Shown here: positions 54,261 through 64,000 of the stretch, piece after piece | How the letters are laid out: each line of letters begins with the position of its first letter | Numbering within the stretch: position 1 is the first letter of the stretch | Assembly (NCBI GenBank): GCA_951406725.2 | Contig: OX597819.1 | Span: 105,958,001 to 106,022,000, forward strand | Reading direction: 5' to 3' | DNA: 64,000 bases | Source of the DNA: Octopus vulgaris | Taxonomy: Eukaryota | Notes under the pieces: model-generated | Database searches by the model: none | What the model was told of the DNA's origin: nothing | What the model saw: only the letters and a program-made list of their open reading frames with translations | Translations under genes and position numbers: made by a program

Positions 54261-54343
54261 TCGTTGTTGCTGCTTATTGTGCTTTTGTAGTTTTACAATT
54301 TTTATAGAAATATACCTTTATCTTTCAATATAATTACGTGTAT

Positions 54344-54733
54344 AAGGCGGCGAGCTGACAGAAACGTTAGCACGCAGGGCGAAAGCCGTAGCCATATTTC
54401 GTCTGCCGTTACGTTCTGAGTTCAAATTCCGCCGAGATCAACTTTGCCTTTCATCCTTTCAGGGTCGATTAAATAAGTAGCAGTTACGCACTGGGGTTGA
54501 TGTAATCGACTTTATCCGCTTGTCTGTCCTTGTTTGTCCTCTCTGTGTTTAACCATTTGTGGGTAGTAAAGAAATAGGTATTTCATCTGTTCTGAGTTCA
54601 AATTCCGCCGAGGTCGACTTTTCATTTCATGCTTTCGGGGTCGATATATTAAGTACTAGTTGCCTACTGGGGTCGATCCAATTGACTGGACCCTGCCCAA
54701 AATTTCGGGCCTTGTGCCTAAAGTAGTAAAGAA
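54344..54733 (+). mobile_element. SINE family A, dimeric form
   Basis: aaggcggcgagctgacagaaacgttagc head, two gttctgagttcaaattccgccgag units and the tail ggccttgtgcctaaagtag. Confidence 0.9.
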
Positions 54734-54865
54734 TATAATTATGTGTGAGATTCCTGTTTCTCAAAATCTGTTTATTTTTTTGTAATGTGTTTTCACATTT
54801 TCCGACATATTCCGACATTTTCCGACATTTTCATTTGAGAAGAGCACGCACATTGAAGTATTTCC

Positions 54866-56436
54866 ATATACAACCAGAGACACGTTGATAGCTTAGGAGC
54901 GGAATTTAGGATTTCTCAGTTTTCTGTGAATCGATTTTGATAAAACTTTTCCCAGTTGGTTTCACACAATGGTAACAGCATTGTTATGTTTTCATTATTC
55001 TGTGTAACATCCTTTCTATTATTTCAGATTCTTCAGTTAGTTTTTCTGTGAACCACACTAATAGCTTTTGAATGAATATAGCCCATGTAGACATGTTTTT
55101 TTTTCAGAAATGAAGGGTAATGATAAATATGAAGCATACACTGGGTATATATTTAACAGAAATCTATGATAATATTATAACATTTAGTGAGATATTGAAT
55201 TATTTAGCCATATGAACGCTATTTCGACGAATAACTAAAAAAAGCCTATTAGTCATGGAATCTGTCAATCCCTTAATAGTAGCAGGTTGGACTGCCTCTG
55301 TTGTAGCTTTGATGGTCGCCCATAAGACATCTTTCGACGTTTATTGGCGTGCATCGGCTTAAACATCTTGTTTAACGATGGACGAAAGGTTTTCGATAAG
55401 TTTGAGATCCGAAGATGCTAGCGGCATCAACTATCAACTTTTCGCCTTGTAAGCCGTAAGACCCACCTAGGAATGTTTGGGTGGTCCTGGCATAGTGGGA
55501 GGGAGCGTTGCCATGCATGAATACGAAATTATTTAGAAGTGACAGCAGTATGTCATCTAGCCAGGGATCCAAGACCTCCTTCAAGACATTGCAGTAGGCG
55601 GCTGCGGTCAGTTTAACCTCTTCAGGCATCCTGACTGGGCCAACAAGTTTATCTCCAATGAGTCCAATCCACAACATGACTCCTCCCAACTGTTATTGAT
55701 GTGGTAAACGTTGGTGACGCACATCTCCAAAATATACACAACCTTTTGCCCAACCATCAGGTTCGTCAAGGGTCGCCCTGGTTTCGTCAATGAACAGAAC
55801 ACAACCCTATGTCTAATGTCATGTACTTCTGTGCCCATTGAAGCCTCAAACTCCTGTGAGGAGGCAGTTTCAGGGGTTCTCGCACAGAAGCCATGGTTCT
55901 CGAGAATGCGATTTCTGGTGATTTTCGGTACATGACAAAGTCCGGAGGTGGTAAAAATGGCTTTGCTTGATTGTCCAGGCTTTCCACGTAACTTGCAACT
56001 AATATTCCTTAAATCAGTAGCTGTTACAGTCTTGAAAGTCCCACAATCGGATCGTTACTTCCTTGGCACTCATATGTCTAAATAATTTATTATGTCAATA
56101 GTTGTCATAATATTATTATTGGTTTTCTGTTAAATATATACTCAATATATGCTTAATATGTATCATTAACCTTCGTTTTCTGAAAAAAAGAAAAAGAGTC
56201 TTGATGGGCTATTTTCATTCAAAAGCTATTAGCGTGTTTCATCCCAAAACGGAAGAATCTGAAATAGAAAAGAAAGGACGTTACACAGAATAATGATAAC
56301 AGAGTGTTGCCATAGTGTGCAAACCAACTGGGAAAATATTTATCAAAATCGATTCACAGAAAGCCAAGAAAACCTAAATTTCAGCCCTAAGCTATTAGCG
56401 TGGTTCTGGGTGTATATTAACTTGTCCAACCACTGG
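54866..56436 (-). mobile_element. Tc1-superfamily transposon with ~310-bp TIRs; transposase pseudogene
   Basis: 54866-55182 is inverted at 56105-56418, and the outer end reads cagtggttggacaag on the minus strand. Motifs: LQWAQKYM, FIDETRATLDEPDGW, GGVMLWIG..GDKLVGP, FMHGNAPSH and DLKLIENL. Confidence 0.9.
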
Positions 56437-57282
56437 TAAAAGAGGTTATATGGAAAATATAAACACTAGAAAAGAATAATAATGTGGGGACATAAGAATT
56501 TTGATACATCATACAGTACTTTAAGTTTTTGATCTGTTTAAGCACCTTCTATAAGTTCATATAGTATTACGCATGACCTAATATACTCGGGGGTGTTGGC
56601 GAATTTCCATCATTCGGTGCTCAGAATTCATTTATGCAATCAAAAGTATGACAATTTCTATGCAGTTTACGCCTATCCCATTTTATTGACAAAGAATGGG
56701 GAAACTGCAGGCTATAGTAAATTACATTAATTCAGTAAACAAAACAGTGGGATCGAGACTGAGAACGAGCGGTTACTAAGCTAACATTTGGCCATATTAC
56801 ACGTAAAACACTATATATACATACTTGTTTGTATATACAACACATACGTGTATACGCAGACATACGCACACACAAATAAAATCTATCAGATGCTAGTCAA
56901 GCAGTCGACGATGAAGAATATATAAAATAATAAAGTTGTATAACTATGGTTTATTCTCTACATTGTTAGGTTTCTACTCTGTACACATAATGTTGTTATA
57001 AGACAATGCTTCCAGATATCTCATATATTTCAACTAAATATAATTCAAGTATGTTTGCAGATAATTTAATTATTTATTTTATTCAGCTGACTAATATTTA
57101 CAATACTGAAAATAATAGAATATTAACAATAACAAGTTGCTCAACTAACAAAGAGTTGGAAAGAAGGACAGATAACAGAATTTTGAACGTCAAACTTGAC
57201 AAAAAAAAAAGAAAAACAAAAAGAAAAATTCATGGTAAGCGCTTTCTATATAAGGAATATGTATCACTAATATTATGTATAT

Positions 57283-57434
57283 AGGAGTGAATTTAAGTAG
57301 TTCGCTTCGCAACTTTTTATTTCTGGGTTCAGTTCTTATGCGCAGATTTTTAGGCAGGTACTTGTACGTTATGTTATCTAAAGTTCACAAATGACTTGTC
57401 AGCGAATTTGGTAGACGAGAAGCGCGCAGAAGCC

Positions 57435-57519
<85 letters not shown>

Positions 57520-57690
57520 TCTCTTTCTCTCTCTGTATATATATATATATATATATATACATACATACAGAAACAGAGAGAGACAAAGAGACAGAGAGAA
57601 TGTTCCTCCGCACACTTCCCGTCTACCAAATTCGCTGAGAAATCACTTCCACAAAAACCTGCCCAAGAACTAGCAGAGATACCCAGCGTT
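57283..57690. mobile_element. Two oppositely oriented SINE B heads around a compound microsatellite
   Basis: tcagcgaatttggtagacgagaag (~57399) is inverted at ~57615-57638. Confidence 0.7.
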
Positions 57691-57981
57691 GTCCGTGTCA
57701 CATGTAATTGAAGAATTAGACTTTTCTTTTATATTTTCTCTTATGAACTGGTGTGCCTATGATTCGAATTTCATCAAAATTGGAGATTAATAATTTTAAT
57801 GGAGATTCTTTCTCTCTTTACATGCCCTAACAAATATTCTAATCATAACATATTTATCCCATACTACTCATCTTTAAGTCCAGTTTCCAAAATCCAAATC
57901 TTATAAAGCCCATTCAAAGATTTTTACTCCTGAAAAATGGGGAACATGGAGTACATGGAGCTCTAAAAGGTGGGAGTTAAG

Positions 57982-58193
57982 GCGGAAACTTTGGGAATAC
58001 TTTTTGATTTGTGTCAATTACCTATGGTTGAAATTTTATCAACATCGGAAATTTATAAATTTTCATGGGAGCGGGGTTCTGTCCCCTTTAAATCCCCTCA
58101 AATCCAAACCAAATATACTGCATTATACACACCCTTATTCATTGAATCTAAGTTCCAAATATCATACGAATTTTATGAAAAATGACAAAAATT
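57982..58193 (+). repeat. 212-bp apparently identical copy of 59207-59418
   Basis: The sequences match by eye, and overlapping ORF translations in two frames are identical over the shared segment. Confidence 0.93.
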
Positions 58194-58866
58194 AGGGAGG
58201 TCTTATATCTATTGTTCAAATATATGAATGTTCATTGGATTTGTAAAAGAAAGCAAAGCTAGAGGAAAGCAAAAGACGAATGATCACATTAAGCAGTCAG
58301 CTACACTACCCTAGTCGTTACCACTTCCTAATGTAGGATTCCTCACCATACAGGTGACCGGCACAGCCGTAAGATGGATTACAGATCTGTAGCAATTGGA
58401 AGGGCGTAACTCAAATCAAATAAACATTAACAACTGTGTGACGTGAGGGCTAAGGGAGAATGAAAGTGTTACCTCTGGGGTTTGCCAATGATCACTATTA
58501 ACTGAACAGAATAAATTTGCAATCTATAAATCTCTTTCAATAACTAATCACTCATCTGGAAAGGCCTTGAAATCAATGTTACCATCTAGGGACTATCTCT
58601 GACTCAATGATAATAAAAAATCTCAAAGGGAGTCTGCAACCAAATAACTTTATTCAAAATAACATATTGCAACTGAATCAGTGGAGGCAAGGATGCCTCA
58701 CTTTTACTTGACATTTTATGCACTACATTGCAGAAATCACAATCCACGTATATCTCAAAGCAAACTCTTACACTGTTGTACTATTGAATTACAAATGACG
58801 CTCATCTTGTATCCTTGGGTGCCTCTAGAACTTCAAAGACTACAATTGTATTTGTCTTGGCTTAGG

Positions 58867-59540
58867 AAAAATGACTAAATTGTGAGGGATAACCCTCCAT
58901 TAAGGGGTCTTACTAACCTCGTAATAAGTTGAAATTTTAGGAATATTACTTCATTTATATCTAATATCTATGGTTAAAAGTTCATCAGTAGCAAAAATAT
59001 ATGAATTTTCATGGGGGTTATGGCCTCATTTATACCCCCTCAATTTCAAACACATACTATATTATACCCATTCTTATGCATAGAATATAATTTCCAAATT
59101 TCATAAAGATCCATTCAGTAATTTTGACCTTGTTTTGGATCATAAAAAATGACTAAATTTTGGGAGTTAAAACCCCCATTTGAGAGTCTTAGAATCCTCA
59201 TTAGAAGCGGAAACTTTGGGAATACTTTTTGATTTGTGTCAATTACCTATGGTTGAAATTTTATCAACATCGGAAATTTATAAATTTTCATGGGAGCGGG
59301 GTTCTGTCCCCTTTAAATCCCCTCAAATCCAAACCAAATATACTGCATTATACACACCCTTATTCATTGAATCTAAGTTCCAAATATCATACGAATTTTA
59401 TGAAAAATGACAAAAATTTGGGGGTTAAGCCACCATTGAGGGGTCTTAGAATCATCCAACGAAATGGAAATTTGGGTATATTTTAAAATTCATTTCTAAT
59501 ATCTATGGTTCATATTTCATCAAAACCTGAAGCTATGCAA
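58867..59540. repeat. Diverged tandem array of ~260-280-bp units (DINE/Helentron-like core repeats)
   Basis: Units begin aaaaatgac(t/a)aaatt..ggg..taa...ccatt...gtctta at ~58867, ~59145 and ~59403. Confidence 0.7.
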
Positions 59541-59689
59541 GGGATCAACACAATATTTTTCTGTGTTCGACAATACCGGCTCCACTACATACTAATACAT
59601 ACTAATATCTGCTACATACTATTATCTGCGATTTTCATCAGTTCAAGTCGTACCACGCTCTAGCCGACCAAATGACATTAACAGCAACA

Positions 59690-59935
59690 TTAACTCCAGT
59701 TATACGACCAAGATGATCGCAGACATCCCTGAAATAACCAAATGGAGTTTTGAAAATCATCTGCATGAACTTGGTTACTTCGGCAGGCTTGATGTTTTGG
59801 TTCCACATCAACTGAATGAGGCTAACCTCGCCCAACGGATTTTCGTCTCCGATTCTTTACACAAGCGTGAAGAAAACGATCCTTGTTTGAAAAAAACGCT
59901 GACTGGGAATCGAAAGATGGATCGTCTATGACGGC
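59690..59935 (+). mobile_element. Mariner transposase fragment
   Basis: NHLHELGY..RLDVLVPHQL.E.NL.QR...DSL.KR..NDPCLKKTLTG (WVPHEL and FLKRIVTGDEKW-like). Confidence 0.85.
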
Positions 59936-61251
59936 AAGTGGCATGGTCCTTAAAGTGAAGAGTAAGTCAAAAATATCATTGACTTATAACACTTGAGTGG
60001 ACTTAGTGATTCTGTCGGTAGAGATCAATAATGCAATTACCAGATGGGAACGGGGATTCTTAGTCGACGAAAACAATCTATAGAAACAAGGCTCCCATAT
60101 GATCGCATTCCATATATTTAAACCTGTCGGAGAATAAAATGATACGAAACCAGATAAGTGAGCAACGTCTATAATGCAAATATTTCATAGGAAATGTTCC
60201 TCAAGGATAAAAGTGTGCATTTGCTGTAAAATTGTTATCGGTATTACAACACAATAGATACAAATAACCTATGCATTAAAGGCAGTTCATTTGTGTGAAC
60301 TCATAGATACGATTCGCGTTACGAAATAATTTAGTAACTGAATGAATATTGCAATATACTTGCAAGAATGTTATGCTTACTTTCAGTATTAATTTGGTAT
60401 CTACCATGTCGATTCGATAGACTGCTTAAAACACGCAATTTAGAGAAGACCTGAATGAAAGCCTAAGTCACATATAATTATATAAATAGATGGGGTATTA
60501 TTTATATAGTTATATAAATATATGGAGTATTATTACTTTGGTGTACTAGTATAACAAATGACTGGTTTACAATAGTCTTGCGATTCGAGCCACTGAGATG
60601 GATTTCCGACATTACTTATTGTAAAGCGTTTTAAACCCAATATATTATCATCTATCTATCTATATATAGATAGATATACGTTAGAGATATCACACTTTTA
60701 TGATGTTACATATATATTCATAAGAGTATGCATATATTTTGGTCTTCTATCCTTTTCTTGCTTTCTATCTTTGGCCTCCGGTATTAAGCTGGGAAAACTC
60801 TGAAATAATTTTAGTCGATGATATCGGATGTAGTCTCTATAAATATAATTATCTATTTAAAGAAAGACTAAATCTACTTAATATAAAGGGATACAACTAA
60901 AGCCCTTCTAATACCACGTGTTAATTTCTTGACACGGTGATTAATCGGTGTTAACTGGATTACATAAGTGTGTGAGCGCATGTATCTGTATTTGTAGTAG
61001 AGTATGTTTACGTATATCAATATCTATGTATGTATCTACCTATCAGTTTGTATGTACGTATTTATGAATGTCTATATATATATTTATTTTTATATGTGTG
61101 TACACATAGGCGTATAGAAATGCATAAATTTAAGTATGCATATATTTCTATACATAACTATAGCTGTATGTGTATGTGTATATGCGCGTGGTGTGGTGTT
61201 TGTGTGTGTGTGTGTGTGTGTGTATGCGGGTGTGAGTGTGCTTGTGTGATT

Positions 61252-61283
<32 letters not shown>

Positions 61284-61744
61284 GCATAGTCCTATCACGT
61301 GAATATGCTACAGGTAACTTTTAATCCTGTAAAAATTGTTGCTTGGTCAGTATGTCGGCATCTAAAATGCCAACTTTACCAAGTGTGCTTGGTGAAGATG
61401 ATAATTTCAGATATCCCGAAGAATGGAAACAAGACTTGTGGAAGGCGGATGAAGGTAAAGAGCACTAAGCCATGAAAGAAAGTAATGTCCGTGACGTTAA
61501 ACCTGAAAGATCGTTCAAATTTTCAACAGTACTGAGGTACCGAGAAGAAAGCTGTTCTGTCTAGAATGTGAGTGAATACAGCTCTGTACACACTTCTTTC
61601 TGTTGTCTATTTCATACAGAGGAATTCAATGTGGAATATAGTGTAATCATGATGCAGACGAATAGAACATGCTCGCGTCGTCCCCTCTCTGCTATAGCAA
61701 TACTCAACAAAATTACAACTTTCTGAAACTCGAAGTGACTTCCA

Positions 61745-61796
<52 letters not shown>

Positions 61797-62299
61797 GTTT
61801 GTCTGTGTGTGTGTGGTTGTGGGTGTGTGTGTATCCCTAAATCCACAAGTTGCTTTTTTTCTATTCTGTTTATTTCTCTGTTTAGATTGATCTAGGATGT
61901 AGTTTCATATGAAGATAGACAGAAGAGGATATTAAATAAGCATGTATTTGTAGGCTGTGTTTTGACAGAAAGTTATGGGAGTTATTTTGCTCTGACATGA
62001 GAAATTTATTATTGTCTAAGATTCAGTGAAGTGTAGAAGCAAAGTCACGAAGTTTTCTTGCCATTCTTCAATAGAGTTGTGTTTTCCTCAAATTCTCTAG
62101 ACTTCATTATAATTTTTGCACATATCATTTGGAAAGTATTGCGGTCGTGTAAGATTCTCTCTTTTTAGGTCGTTCAGTGTCAGTCTTTAAAGTAATCAGC
62201 CGAGTTTTCTGCTATATGAAATACATTACAAGGGTTAGCTTCTATGTATACAGGTACATATGAGAAAGCCCAGTACATACGTAAAATTGAGTCAAATTA

Positions 62300-64000
62300 T
62301 GCATCCAATTCATAAATCTGCTTTGAATTACATGATAAATATATTGTCTATTGTCAAAGTTTGGACATGCATCCTCTCTGTTTTGCATTGTGAATATTTT
62401 CACACAATCTTTGAATACCTCTTATTTAATTCTTACTTAATATCAATGGTTAATGATGATAGTTTGCATAAGGATTCTAAATATTTTTACCTTTTCTAAA
62501 AGCTCTGATATGTCTAGTAACGAAGCAATTCTTTTCTAAATCCACGTGATGGATAAAATGGATAAAATAAAAAGGAAATGTCTTAAATATTTCGTTAGGA
62601 CAAAAAATCTTGTTTTGTAATAAAATTGTTAAAGTAAGAGCTCGAATATAAGCGGGAGCATATTTTTTCGTTCGAGCTATTTTCAAATGACTGCATGTTG
62701 CAGCCATACTGTAGCGTGCATACTTATAAAGAAGTTTATATATCCCTCTTAGTTTATCGCATTTACTGGCTTCTAGCAGCTCAAAGGAAATTATGGTAAA
62801 TATCGTCAACGGCCATTGAACTGAACTCAGTTCCACAGATACGAAAATGGCTGCATGCATTGAACTGAACTCAGTTCTACTGAACTGAACTCAGTTGCAC
62901 TGATACTAAAATGGCTGCATGCACCAGATAAATTGTGAATGGGGAGAATTATTCCATGGATAATTACTGCATAGAAATCGTAATACAATTTCGATTGTAG
63001 AATCAAATTTAAGTTGACTGCGTTTTCAACTAAGAAAAAAAAAAACATTAGTGTTTACTTTTAATCAAATATACATTTAAGACTTTCAAAAGAAATCTTA
63101 AATGCTTTGTCAGCAAACATATTCTCGCTTTCTGATAAAATTGTTAAATTAAGAATTCAAATGTAAATGGAAGCATGATTCTTTTTTGTCCAAAGCATTT
63201 TCTCTTGCTTCCAAGTTGTAGCCATTGTGTATGGGAATATATATTTAGACAAGGGAAATATACTGCTGATTCATCACATTCTTCTGGCTTCTATCAGCTT
63301 AACCGAATCAATGACAACTATCTTCAACTGTTACCGAAGTGAGTGTATTTCTACTGTAGCTAAATAACAGGTTTGGGATCCTTCTTTATTGCAGCCGTCA
63401 TTTTAATTGCGAAGGGGAAGTCTTGTTCCATAGATAGCTCTTGCACTGAAATCGAAATATAAATTCAATTGCAGAAGCAAATTTTAGCTCACTGCCTTTC
63501 TAATTAAGATAAATACAGTAGTATTTAACTTAATTCAAATATAATTTGGCCTTCCTTTGAGGTGAATCTTATACCAAATTGCGTATATGTAGTTGGAATT
63601 TAATATTATTCATTATAACGAAATAATCCGATTAAATATGATTCTTCCCCTCAGAAATAAGACAAATGAAGTATTAAAGTTGGTCACATATTAAATTAAG
63701 TTTTGTAACAAACATTAATTTACGCTCTTTAACTGGTCCTAGATCATCCAGTAGAAACTTCTCCTTTAAATAATTTGGTAAATTAATCAGGAAAATGTGT
63801 TTGTCTATTTTAATTAGGAAAGTTGGTGGACAATTCTTTTGATATTTGATAGCTTGCATCATTCTTTTAATGCCGATTATAATCGATCAACTCACTGCTG
63901 CTGCTTTACCGAAGTCTTCATTTTTACTAGAAGTTATGGAATGAGGCACTTCATTCGTCGACTTATTATGTCCATGTATCTTTCTCACAGTGTTGTAACT
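62300..64000 (-). mobile_element. Two tandem, diverged MULE (Mutator-like) transposase relics
   Basis: LPNYLKEKFLLDDLGP..RKLMFVTKLNL; DFSARAI...DGC...SQTCY and DFYAVII...GACSHFS, both like DFExAxxxA...GCxFHxxQ. 62570-63040 aligns with 63090-63510. Confidence 0.6.

Noticed and set aside
54344-54430. tRNA genes at SINE heads
   Set aside because: Only A/B-box-like motifs are present, with no cloverleaf, and they continue into SINE bodies.
62477-62860. GPCR-like or host exon reading of the 127-aa ORF
   Set aside because: There is no clear transmembrane pattern, and a MULE relic explains it better.

Overview
This is AT-rich eukaryotic DNA made almost entirely of repeats. I found no intact host gene, rRNA, tRNA gene or CRISPR array, and most ORFs in the track are microsatellite translations. 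The two tRNA-derived SINE families and the dense (TA)n/(CA)n/(TATC)n/(AAT)n tracts look like an octopus (coleoid cephalopod) genome; this is pattern recognition, not a database result. DNA transposon relics include mariner (DD34D), Tc1-like, maT (DD37D), MULE and Helitron/Helentron-like elements. Retroelement relics include R4/Dong-, RTE- and CR1/Jockey-like LINEs and Penelope-like elements (PLEs). The strongest signal is a well-formed type I hammerhead ribozyme (51750-51842, minus) downstream of a Naiad-type GIY-YIG PLE. Other observations: several unrelated fold-back palindromes, mostly beside (TA)n or (CA)n tracts and some with hammerhead-like remnants; SINE-internal microsatellites that receive nested insertions; monomeric, dimeric and trimeric SINE forms; and a locally templated ~210-bp insertion. 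Coordinates were read by eye, and the ends of degraded elements are approximate.
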